Shown: piece after piece, positions 35,385-42,773 of the stretch
Numbering within the stretch: the stretch's first letter is position 1
Layout of the letters: every line of letters starts with the position of its first letter
UHGV virus genome: UHGV-0328628
Direction: 5' to 3' (one strand)
DNA length: 42,773 bases
DNA from: a virus
Made by a program: the position numbers and the translations under genes
Notes under the pieces: model-generated
The model's database searches: none
Told to the model about the DNA's origin: nothing
What the model saw: the letters and a program-made list of their open reading frames with translations, nothing else

Positions 35385-36116
35385 ATGGGATTTTGGGATT
35401 CTGTAAAATCAGGCGCAAAGGACATCGCCAGACAATCATCATTAGAAAATATGGTTCAAAATAATAAAGAACTGTCTTCAGATGAACTTGAAGAATTTGT
35501 TGGTTTTACCAAAATGACTCCAGGCGAAGCTATTGCAAAGAAACCGGCTCGTTATTTCAAGTCTACTAATAGATACGGCGAAGTTGAAATTGATTCTGTT
35601 AAAAAATTATTTCGAGTTAAACTCAATGTCTATACATTCGATGAATTAAATAGCTATGAGCTTTTGGAAAACGGCAGCTCTGTTATGAGTGGTGGATTAG
35701 GAATTGGACGGGCTGTTGTCGGTGGCGTCCTTGCTGGCGGCGTCGGTGCTGTTTTAGGAGGAGTTACAAAGAAAAAGAAACAAAGAAATCATGTTGATTC
35801 TTTGAAAATCATGGTTACCTTTAAGAACAGAACTCCTCAGTCAGTAACTTTAGACTACATCAAGAAGAAACAAGAGAAAGACAAAAAATACGAAAAAACG
35901 TTAATGAAGGCAAAAGAGACTATGGCAGGATTCGATTACATTGTCTCTGAATTAGAAGTAGATAGACATGATGAATTAGTCAGTTCTACAAATGTGCAAA
36001 AAGAACAACCGACTACATCAGCAGATGAGATTCGTAAATTTAAAGAGTTGCTTGACGAAGGAATTATTTCGCAAGAGGAATTCGATGCTAAGAAAAAAGA
36101 ATTACTAAACCTATAA
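35385..36116 (+). CDS. Membrane-associated protein with glycine-zipper TM segment and C-terminal SHOCT domain; candidate lysogen-expressed exclusion or abortive-infection factor
   Basis: SGGLGIGRAVVGGVLAGGVGAVLGGV then KKKKQR; C-terminus EIRKFKELLDEGIISQEEFDAKKKELL (SHOCT-like); located between cI and int on the same strand. Confidence 0.55.
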   Translation: MGFWDSVKSGAKDIARQSSLENMVQNNKELSSDELEEFVGFTKMTPGEAIAKKPARYFKSTNRYGEVEIDSVKKLFRVKLNVYTFDELNSYELLENGSSVMSGGLGIGRAVVGGVLAGGVGAVLGGVTKKKKQRNHVDSLKIMVTFKNRTPQSVTLDYIKKKQEKDKKYEKTLMKAKETMAGFDYIVSELEVDRHDELVSSTNVQKEQPTTSADEIRKFKELLDEGIISQEEFDAKKKELLNL

Positions 36117-36232
36117 AAAACACATCCCCTCTCCCCGACCAAAGATTGAGTGGATGTGCTTAAATAATTCACCTAATACAATAGGCTTATTTTACTGTGC
36201 CTATTATACCAAAAAATAGGAGTTGAATAAAC

Positions 36233-37363
36233 ATGTGGATTGAAGAATTAACGAACGGGAAATACAAATATTCCGAACGATACACTGACCCATATACAGA
36301 AAAAACTAAAAAGGTATCGGTCACATTATCTAGTAAATCGAACCAAGCGAAGAAAAAAGCAACTACTGAACTACAGGATAAAATAAATCAAAAGATTAAC
36401 GCCCCTAAATTAGAATCAATTACATTTGAAAGAGCTCTGGAATTATTTAAACCCACATACAAGCGCAAAGTAAAAGATTCTTCTTATATCTCATTTGAAT
36501 CAACCGAAAAAACACTGCTAGATACTATCGGAAAAGAAATGCTGATAAAAAATATTGACCTTCCTTTCTTCAAAAAAAGAATAGAAAATTTGTACTATGA
36601 TCAAAAGTACTCGTTAAACTATGTAAAAAAAATCAAGGCATTTACTTTGATGATCTTAACAAACGCAAAAGAAGAAGGATACGTCACAGACATTCCAACT
36701 TTCAAATTGAATCTCGTTCTGAGACAGGAAGAAAAGAAAGAAAAGTATCTTGAAAAATACGAACTGAGGGCATTGATTAACCAACTCAATAAAATGCGAC
36801 CCAACCAAAGAAAAGCAGACATGGTCGAGTTCATGGCTTTGACCGGATTGCGTTATGGTGAGCTGATTGCCCTTAGAGAAGAAGATTTATATGAAGGATA
36901 CATAAGTGTGAATGGAACAATAGATTTCAGAAATGGTTCTTATTCAGAAATAAAACGAACTACTCCAAAGACAAAGGCTTCTAATAGAAACATAGTTTTG
37001 TCTACTCGCGCAATCAACATTCTGATCAAAGTGTTGCAAGAAAACCAGCTGTACAAGTTATCGAAAGATTACGCGGATTCTGGTTATCTTTTTACGAATC
37101 ATACAGGAAATCCTATTGACTACCGAACATTTGCTCCTTGCTTAAAAAATGCTGCAAAGTTTGCTGGTATACAGAAACCTGTAACATCTCACTATCTCAG
37201 ACATACACATATTTCTTTTTTAGCAGAACTAAACGTACCCATTAAAGTGGTAATGGATCGAGTAGGTCATACAGATTCCACTACTACTCTACAGGTCTAT
37301 ACACATGTTACAAACAAAATGAAAAGTAGTTTGAAAGAAAAAATCGAGTCAATCGACTATTAA
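36233..37363 (+). CDS. int: Tyrosine integrase
   Basis: C-terminal catalytic region LRHTHISFLAE ... LQVYTHV (R-H-R-Y); RBS AGGAG. Confidence 0.9.
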   Translation: MWIEELTNGKYKYSERYTDPYTEKTKKVSVTLSSKSNQAKKKATTELQDKINQKINAPKLESITFERALELFKPTYKRKVKDSSYISFESTEKTLLDTIGKEMLIKNIDLPFFKKRIENLYYDQKYSLNYVKKIKAFTLMILTNAKEEGYVTDIPTFKLNLVLRQEEKKEKYLEKYELRALINQLNKMRPNQRKADMVEFMALTGLRYGELIALREEDLYEGYISVNGTIDFRNGSYSEIKRTTPKTKASNRNIVLSTRAINILIKVLQENQLYKLSKDYADSGYLFTNHTGNPIDYRTFAPCLKNAAKFAGIQKPVTSHYLRHTHISFLAELNVPIKVVMDRVGHTDSTTTLQVYTHVTNKMKSSLKEKIESIDY

Positions 37364-37649
37364 TTTTTGCCCCTTGCTTGCCCCTTTTACATTCCCGAGT
37401 AGAACAAAACCGCTAGAAACGTTGATTTCTAGCGGTTACGAGTTAGGATTAGTAAAGTTCTAAGTATTGATTTTGCGGAATAACAGTTATTCTCAAATGC
37501 TATAAAAAGCCGTTTTAACGGCGTTTTATCAGATCAATTAATGATTGTTATTTGCTAACATTGGCAAGCAACTGCCCCTTTTTTGCCCCTTTTTTAATGC
37601 ACAAAAAACACCCTCCACAACCAACTAAGGCTGTAGAGGGTGTTTGAGT
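37364..37649. other. Candidate attP region with four direct TGCCCCTTTT repeats (putative arm sites) and two factor-independent terminator hairpins
   Basis: Repeats at 37366-37390 and 37573-37598; hairpin CCGCTAGAAA-N6-TTTCTAGCGG (37411-37436); the lysin terminator on the minus strand at about 37606-37645. Confidence 0.5.
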
Positions 37650-38759
37650 TTACACGTCTAAATACCAACGTGTTTCGGTTAGATCATTAAATCCGTCTCT
37701 TGTGTCACCTTTCGGATCATTGGTGCTACGAATCATAATAATGATTGAATGACCTGCAACATCCTTTTGATTGAATTCAATCTGGAAGCCTGCAGTATCA
37801 TTGCGGTTATAAACCTTTGCAGCGTCCGCTCGTGGCAAGTCTTTCAGCTTGATACGTTTCAATTCTTTACCCGTTGTACGGTCGAGAATAAAAGCATATT
37901 GATGTTTGTGAGTACGAGTACTCCATCCTTCTGCTTTAATTTTCCCAGCCATTGCGCCGAATCCATCAACGTGACCTTTACCGTTCCCGACTTCCATTAC
38001 CGAATAATTCTGTCCAGCATGGTAGATATCTGTTGCTTCAGATGGATTTGGAGCAGGCAGTGTTGTGTATCCGTTATCGGTAATTCCAGTTAAATCGACA
38101 TTACCATCCAATCCGCCGCCAACATATGTGGAAGTGAATTGATAGATCGCCACGCCATCCATACTTGGAAACACAGACCATACTGGATATGGAGTGACGT
38201 TGTAATTCGGATAAGCGGCCATCCACAAACTATCAGGGAATTCAGCTAAGATTTGCTGATAGTATACGTTTTGCAGAGTAAACGGTTTGTAAGAGTAATA
38301 CATCGGTGTGTAGCCGGCATCTCGAATCCTTCGCATACCATATAGAATTGTGTCTGTATTCGCTTGCTTATTTCCACTGGCTCCATGCTCAAAGTCTAAT
38401 GCCACGATTGAACCACGAGGTGTTTTTACTTTCGGTAGAAAGTAATCCATAGTAGTTTTCGCAATACTCATGTTTCCCCACGTGTCGTACCAAATATACG
38501 TGTGAGCCCGTTTTCCTTGTGCTAAAGCAGAATTAACTTGGCTTTCATATGTCCATTGATTATAAATTCCGCCAGCGTTGTATCCTCCAATTTGAGCGAT
38601 TGCGAACTTATCATGCGCATAACCAAATTGTCCTTGTGCTCCCTGATAGATTGCCCAGTCAACCCCTTGATCACCTTTCGCCGCATCCACATTCCCTGGG
38701 AAAATTGGCAATAAAAAAAGAGCCGTAACCAGGCTCAACAAAGTAATTCTCTTTTTCAT
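37650..38759 (-). CDS. Endolysin: secreted GH25 muramidase with a cleavable N-terminal Sec signal peptide and a C-terminal cell-wall-binding region
   Basis: RBS GGAGG 5 nt before ATG 38759; MKKRITLLSLVTALFLLPIFPGNVDA signal; GH25-like GVDWAIYQGAQG...FAIAQIGG. Confidence 0.75.
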   Translation of the reverse strand: MKKRITLLSLVTALFLLPIFPGNVDAAKGDQGVDWAIYQGAQGQFGYAHDKFAIAQIGGYNAGGIYNQWTYESQVNSALAQGKRAHTYIWYDTWGNMSIAKTTMDYFLPKVKTPRGSIVALDFEHGASGNKQANTDTILYGMRRIRDAGYTPMYYSYKPFTLQNVYYQQILAEFPDSLWMAAYPNYNVTPYPVWSVFPSMDGVAIYQFTSTYVGGGLDGNVDLTGITDNGYTTLPAPNPSEATDIYHAGQNYSVMEVGNGKGHVDGFGAMAGKIKAEGWSTRTHKHQYAFILDRTTGKELKRIKLKDLPRADAAKVYNRNDTAGFQIEFNQKDVAGHSIIIMIRSTNDPKGDTRDGFNDLTETRWYLDV

Positions 38760-38769
38760 GTGATTCCTC

Positions 38770-38967
38770 CTATTTTTTCGAATTGTATGCTGAGACACCT
38801 GTAACTACTCCTAAAAAAGTAGCTACAGCATTAATTGTTAGCACAGTCATATCCGCGCCACCCCAACCGTATGCTTTTCCAAGTGTGCCAACTAAAACAG
38901 ATGCAGCTGGCAACACTGTGAGAACTGCCCATTTAATAATTTGGTAATACTTGTCCGGTAAAATCAT
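38770..38967 (-). CDS. Holin (65 aa, 2 TM; start MILPDKYYQ)
   Basis: RBS AGGGGGG 6 nt before ATG 38967; stop TAG overlaps the lysin RBS. Confidence 0.65.
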   Translation of the reverse strand: MILPDKYYQIIKWAVLTVLPAASVLVGTLGKAYGWGGADMTVLTINAVATFLGVVTGVSAYNSKK

Positions 38968-38978
38968 TTCAAACCCCC

Positions 38979-39239
38979 CTATAATTTCGTTAAGAAATAG
39001 CCTAATATAGTAATACCTAAACCGATCATGTAACCCCATGACCATTTATTGTTTGCTTTAATTTCTTTGATGTCATCAGCATTGTTGAGTGCAATAGAAT
39101 ATGCGTGATCCGCCACATCTTTCGCAGCATCCGCCTTCTCTCTCAATGCCTCGTAATTATCAAGTTTTGTTTCAATGCGCACTAAGCGCTCAATAACATC
39201 TTGTGCAGTATCATCTTTCAAAACTCCCCCGCCTTCCAA
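38979..39239 (-). CDS. XhlA-like protein (coiled coil plus C-terminal TM)
   Basis: Coiled-coil N-terminus and C-terminal TM WSWGYMIGLGITILGYFL; PBSX-like position before the holin; start codon uncertain. Confidence 0.55.
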   Translation of the reverse strand: MEGGGVLKDDTAQDVIERLVRIETKLDNYEALREKADAAKDVADHAYSIALNNADDIKEIKANNKWSWGYMIGLGITILGYFLTKL

Positions 39240-39276
39240 CTAAATAATTAGCCCCGTTAAAAACGAGGCTAAATTG

Positions 39277-39402
39277 TTACTCTGCCAATTCTGGCAAATC
39301 CATATCTACTAGAATCTCTTTCACTTGCTCGCGAATTAGACCTGGTACTTGTTCAATCGTCTTCTTGCCTTTAATAATTAAAGTCGCATATACTACGGCC
39401 AT
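39277..39402 (-). CDS. XkdX-family protein (41 aa), second tandem copy
   Basis: MAVVYATLIIKGKKTIEQVPGLIREQVKEIL; RBS AGGAGGTGG. Confidence 0.6.
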   Translation of the reverse strand: MAVVYATLIIKGKKTIEQVPGLIREQVKEILVDMDLPELAE

Positions 39403-39439
39403 TTCTTCCACCTCCTTTCTGAGCAAATAAAAAGCAATC

Positions 39440-39553
39440 CTAATCCGCAGTTTCTGCATCAAGGATTGCTTGTACTTCATTTCTGATTGTTCTAGGAACT
39501 TCTTCAATAGTCTTCAGGCCTTTCTGGATTAAATTCACGTAAATATTTGCCAT
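39440..39553 (-). CDS. XkdX-family protein (37 aa), first tandem copy, missing from the ORF track
   Basis: MANIYVNLIQKGLKTIEEVPRTIRNEVQAIL; RBS AGGAGG; the ORF-track entry 39277..39507 is an out-of-frame merge of the two copies. Confidence 0.55.
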   Translation of the reverse strand: MANIYVNLIQKGLKTIEEVPRTIRNEVQAILDAETAD

Positions 39554-39901
39554 CTATACTACCTCCTTTGCTGCATCGGCTGGTACCAGCATTTCGTATA
39601 CTTCGGCTAAAGCTAATTGAGTATCTGTTAGTTGGTCGTTAAGAACCTCATTTTGCTTTGTTAAGGTTTTAACATCAGCTGTAGCTTTCGTGTAAAAGTT
39701 CTCTAACAGACTAATCTTCTCAGTGCTTGCCATGTATTCTACTGGACGCCATACGTTCAATTTCACATCGAAGAACTGTAGCATTAGATCTCGATTGGCA
39801 TCAGGTTCTACTTCCGTGTATGGAAACTTTGTTTCAAAATCCTCTGCTACTTCTGTAGTCTTGCATCCAAACGGATACAAAATTTCGTAAATTGTTTTCA
39901 T
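39554..39901 (-). CDS. XkdW-like protein
   Basis: 115 aa; position between the tail-fibre gene and the XkdX genes, as in PBSX. Confidence 0.45.
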   Translation of the reverse strand: MKTIYEILYPFGCKTTEVAEDFETKFPYTEVEPDANRDLMLQFFDVKLNVWRPVEYMASTEKISLLENFYTKATADVKTLTKQNEVLNDQLTDTQLALAEVYEMLVPADAAKEVV

Positions 39902-39912
39902 TTATCTTCCTC

Positions 39913-41772
39913 CTATAATTTGTTTTTAGCTAAGTACGTGACTGTTCCAGCATACCAAGTATCTTTTAGTAGTATAGAGTGCGCGGTTAAAGTGGAACCG
40001 CCCTCAGTAAATTTAACTATGCTTGTTGTTCCGCCTGTACTTGTTATTCCGATATATTGAGGTTCGGAAGTATCTGCCTGAAAATCAGCCGCGATACCCC
40101 AAATAATAGATTGGTCTTTTGCGAAATCATTGCCTATTCGTGTTTTAAAGTTAAACACTGCTTGAACCTCATCACCGTATCTTACAAAGGTAATATAACC
40201 ACTCGCAATTTCAGTTGGAAAATCTGCATTGGAATATTTTATAGTAACTACTCCTTTATGTGCAAGAACATTATTTCCATTTACCATTAAACCGTCTCGA
40301 AAGTTTTTTAGACCACCAATAGTCTCGTTACCAGCAATGCTTACAAATTTATTCTCCACGAACTTTTTAATCGACTGCATTACTCGCAGCGGCGTCATAA
40401 TCTTCTTGTTATCTTCACCCGTTTCAGCCTCTTCTTGAGTCGCCAAGTTTTCTACGCGATTGGCCGCTATCATTAACTTAAGGTGTTCATTCATTGATAA
40501 ACGGATTTTTATCTCAAGATTTGAATAATCCGTATTTACTGTTGATGGCGTCACCCCATCAGACGGCTCTGCATACGAAATTGCATAAAGGAAGCCATCA
40601 TCAGAGATATAATTATTTGCTGCTGTACCAGTTGAACTATACTCTAACTTAGCTAATGTAGAACCGCCATTCACTCTGGTTCCACCCCATGAATTATTGT
40701 TAACCCATACTTTGTAGCTTAATTTGTTTCCCGTAGGAGAAGTTCCGTATCCCCAAGTTGCTGGCTTGATCTCGGTCAAAATATTTTTTATAACCTCAAT
40801 TTTATCGGAAATTTCATGTGCACCACGATCATTGAAAAAATCATCTCCGAGTGTTCGAACCAATACTTCTAATACATTCCATTTGTCACAAATTGCTGAA
40901 CGATTTCCATTCACCTTGACCTGCCATTGTAAGATATTGTTATCTAGTTTAGCGGCTTGATTATAGCCCTGCTGAACCATCTCAGTTAAATAATCACTCG
41001 GCTTCATAACGTCTGAGTATGCTCCTGTTGCCAGGATATTGGGGTTTTCTAGGACGGACCCTTTTACTTTGTCTCGCGTATCGATAGTAATTGTCCACTC
41101 AACAATTTCTTTCCCAATTAACTGATAGATCACGTTTGCGGAGGATTCTGCTTTCGTGAATACGTCATTGTCATCAATCTTCTTATTTATTTCATCGATG
41201 TGAGCATTCAAATTCGTGTTAGCTGTCGTGATACTTTGTTCTAACTGAGTGATCTTACTTTGAGCTGTCGTAACGTCAGCAGTTAGACTATCAATCAATG
41301 CTTTAGCTTCTGATTCAATAGTATTAATCGTTTGATGATACTCATCTATAATCTCGTTGAAACCTTGCCAGTAATAATCCTCTAATTCAGGCGTGTTCAA
41401 ATCAATCGGGCTTCGCTTGATGTCAAAGGTAAAACGTCCAGCGGTATCTAATGAGCGTGAATCAGGTAATTCAATATAAATTGAACCAGTGACACGCCCG
41501 ACATAGCCTAAAATATTGTCTTCTAAAACAATCGACACAATTCCGTTTATCGCATCTTCGATTACCGCATGATAAATGTGGCGGCCGCCAACAAAATCTA
41601 AGCAAATTGGTACGATCGTTCCTTCAGACAACGTTTGATTAACATAATCCTTTTGCAGTTGAAAAATCATCTTAGCGGTACCTTTGTCATGCGACCAGAA
41701 AACCACTCCAGTCGGAATAGGAGTGGTCGCTTTTGCCTGAATGACAATGATTTCTTCATTTGTTTTAAACAT
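39913..41772 (-). CDS. Tail fibre / receptor-binding protein (XkdV-like)
   Basis: 619 aa; central coiled coil; C-terminal beta-rich domain. Confidence 0.6.
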   Translation of the reverse strand: MFKTNEEIIVIQAKATTPIPTGVVFWSHDKGTAKMIFQLQKDYVNQTLSEGTIVPICLDFVGGRHIYHAVIEDAINGIVSIVLEDNILGYVGRVTGSIYIELPDSRSLDTAGRFTFDIKRSPIDLNTPELEDYYWQGFNEIIDEYHQTINTIESEAKALIDSLTADVTTAQSKITQLEQSITTANTNLNAHIDEINKKIDDNDVFTKAESSANVIYQLIGKEIVEWTITIDTRDKVKGSVLENPNILATGAYSDVMKPSDYLTEMVQQGYNQAAKLDNNILQWQVKVNGNRSAICDKWNVLEVLVRTLGDDFFNDRGAHEISDKIEVIKNILTEIKPATWGYGTSPTGNKLSYKVWVNNNSWGGTRVNGGSTLAKLEYSSTGTAANNYISDDGFLYAISYAEPSDGVTPSTVNTDYSNLEIKIRLSMNEHLKLMIAANRVENLATQEEAETGEDNKKIMTPLRVMQSIKKFVENKFVSIAGNETIGGLKNFRDGLMVNGNNVLAHKGVVTIKYSNADFPTEIASGYITFVRYGDEVQAVFNFKTRIGNDFAKDQSIIWGIAADFQADTSEPQYIGITSTGGTTSIVKFTEGGSTLTAHSILLKDTWYAGTVTYLAKNKL

Positions 41773-42773
41773 TAACTAAACACCTGCCCTTTAGTGACAA
41801 CTAATCCTAACTGAACTTTGTATTTAGTTGTCGAACCCGAGGTAGTTGATGATGCATCTGTTACTGTCGCACCTGAATCCGCCGAAATCCCTACTACATT
41901 ACCAGACCCTGTGTTCGTTCCCGAAAATAAGGCGGTTGACATCGCAGAAGCCTTTAATAGAATGGATTGATCCGCGAAGTGAGAGTAATAGACGTTCATC
42001 TTGGAATTTCCATTCACATACAGTGCATTGTAATTCGTGGATGACGATGTATTTTCAGCACACTTAACTTTATTCAAAGCGAGATACCCTCCTTGTTTAC
42101 AAAAGAAAGCACACGTATTACCATCGGTTTGAATGGCATTCGCTGTATCAACGGCTTGCAAGCCATAGATGTGAAAATAGCCTGCTGAGGAGGCGAAACC
42201 TATTGAACGAACTTTTACTGGTAAATCTACTTTGCTCAGGTCAAGACTATCCACATTTTGAATTGTTCTGATTGTTAATGATACACAGAATATACTTGCT
42301 AGGATGACATTTTCCAAATAAACCCCATCATCAACCCAAATCGTTGCACGAGCTGAACTTATCAATGGGATTTGATTAACTGCCATTTGAATAGTCTTAA
42401 ATGGTTTTTCCTCCGTCCCATCGCCATTTTTATCATCGCCTTTTTCTATCGAAACAAATAAGTCGATCGTTGCACCGTAAGTCCCCATTAATTTTCCAAT
42501 TCCGTTGTTCAGTTGCTCCATCTGTTTTTGCTGATTAAGCAACGTACCGTTTGTATTCTCAACATCTTCATCATGTCTATTTTCTGCAGCAAGTAATCTT
42601 GATTCTAAAGTATCGAATGTTTCACCTTTATTATTTACTCGCGCGTCCACTACTTCGTTTGGCGAATCTCCACCACTATGCAAAACCACATTATCAATGC
42701 GCTTATTCGTCACATCGATTTTCTGGTTTTGTCCTCGAATGATTCTATTTAAGATATCCACATTATCATTAAA
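41772..42773 (-). CDS. Tail fibre/baseplate protein with probable beta-helix (pectin-lyase-like) region; 5' partial at the window edge
   Basis: Frame stays open to the window end; GDGTEEKPFKTIQMAVNQI motif typical of beta-helix tail proteins. Confidence 0.55.
   Translation of the reverse strand, partial: FNDNVDILNRIIRGQNQKIDVTNKRIDNVVLHSGGDSPNEVVDARVNNKGETFDTLESRLLAAENRHDEDVENTNGTLLNQQKQMEQLNNGIGKLMGTYGATIDLFVSIEKGDDKNGDGTEEKPFKTIQMAVNQIPLISSARATIWVDDGVYLENVILASIFCVSLTIRTIQNVDSLDLSKVDLPVKVRSIGFASSAGYFHIYGLQAVDTANAIQTDGNTCAFFCKQGGYLALNKVKCAENTSSSTNYNALYVNGNSKMNVYYSHFADQSILLKASAMSTALFSGTNTGSGNVVGISADSGATVTDASSTTSGSTTKYKVQLGLVVTKGQVFS

Noticed and set aside
37364-37649. tRNA 3'-end fragment expected inside attP
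   Set aside because: No T-arm-like GGTTCGAATCC motif or acceptor-like segment is present in the int-proximal intergenic region; the tRNA-like elements lie 20 kb away and are unrelated to integration
39277-39507. 76-aa ORF-track protein MKKFLEQSEMKYKQSLMQ...
   Set aside because: Its N-terminal 35 aa read out of frame over the upstream XkdX paralogue; the true genes are 39440..39553 and 39277..39402

Overview
The whole 42.8 kb window is a temperate siphovirus genome (or prophage) of a low-GC Gram-positive host, probably Lactobacillales-like. There is no flanking host DNA, and nearly every gene is on the minus strand.

Reading the minus strand from high to low coordinates, the genome is laid out as follows:
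- **Tail fibre and lysis (42.8-37.6 kb):** PBSX-like XkdV/XkdW/XkdX tail-fibre genes, then XhlA, holin and a Sec-signal GH25 endolysin.
- **Lysogeny module (37.6-34.1 kb):** candidate attP, then a plus-strand tyrosine integrase, a SHOCT/glycine-zipper membrane protein and the cI repressor, divergent from a minus-strand cro, followed by a Bro-N/KilAC antirepressor.
- **Moron islet (33.3-30.7 kb):** plus-strand genes with their own promoters and terminators, and a minus-strand cluster of three membrane proteins.
- **Replication module (30.3-24.2 kb):** Gp157, a free-standing HNH homing endonuclease, Sak4-like ATPase, SF2 helicase, DUF669 SSB, PrimPol/D5 helicase, and an iteron origin.
- **Early small genes (24-17.9 kb):** VRR-NUC nuclease, two YopX paralogues, a frame-disrupted C5-methyltransferase and paralogous KRRWRR proteins.
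- **Late regulator and tRNA-like locus (17.8-16.7 kb):** an ArpU-family late regulator, then two tRNA-like elements bracketed by terminators.
- **Packaging and head (15.2-7.9 kb):** HNH, P27-family TerS, TerL, portal, ClpP-like protease, HK97 capsid and connector proteins.
- **Tail (7.9-0 kb):** major tail protein with a -1-frame Ig-like extension, gpG/gpGT chaperone with an A-AAA-AAG slippery site, tape measure carrying M23 and SLT domains, Dit and Tal.

The first and last ORFs of the window join in-frame, which suggests a complete, circularly permuted genome. The candidates of greatest interest are the lysogeny-side membrane proteins (possible superinfection-exclusion or abortive-infection factors), the tRNA-like elements that lack an anticodon arm, the frame-switching methyltransferase and the iteron origin.
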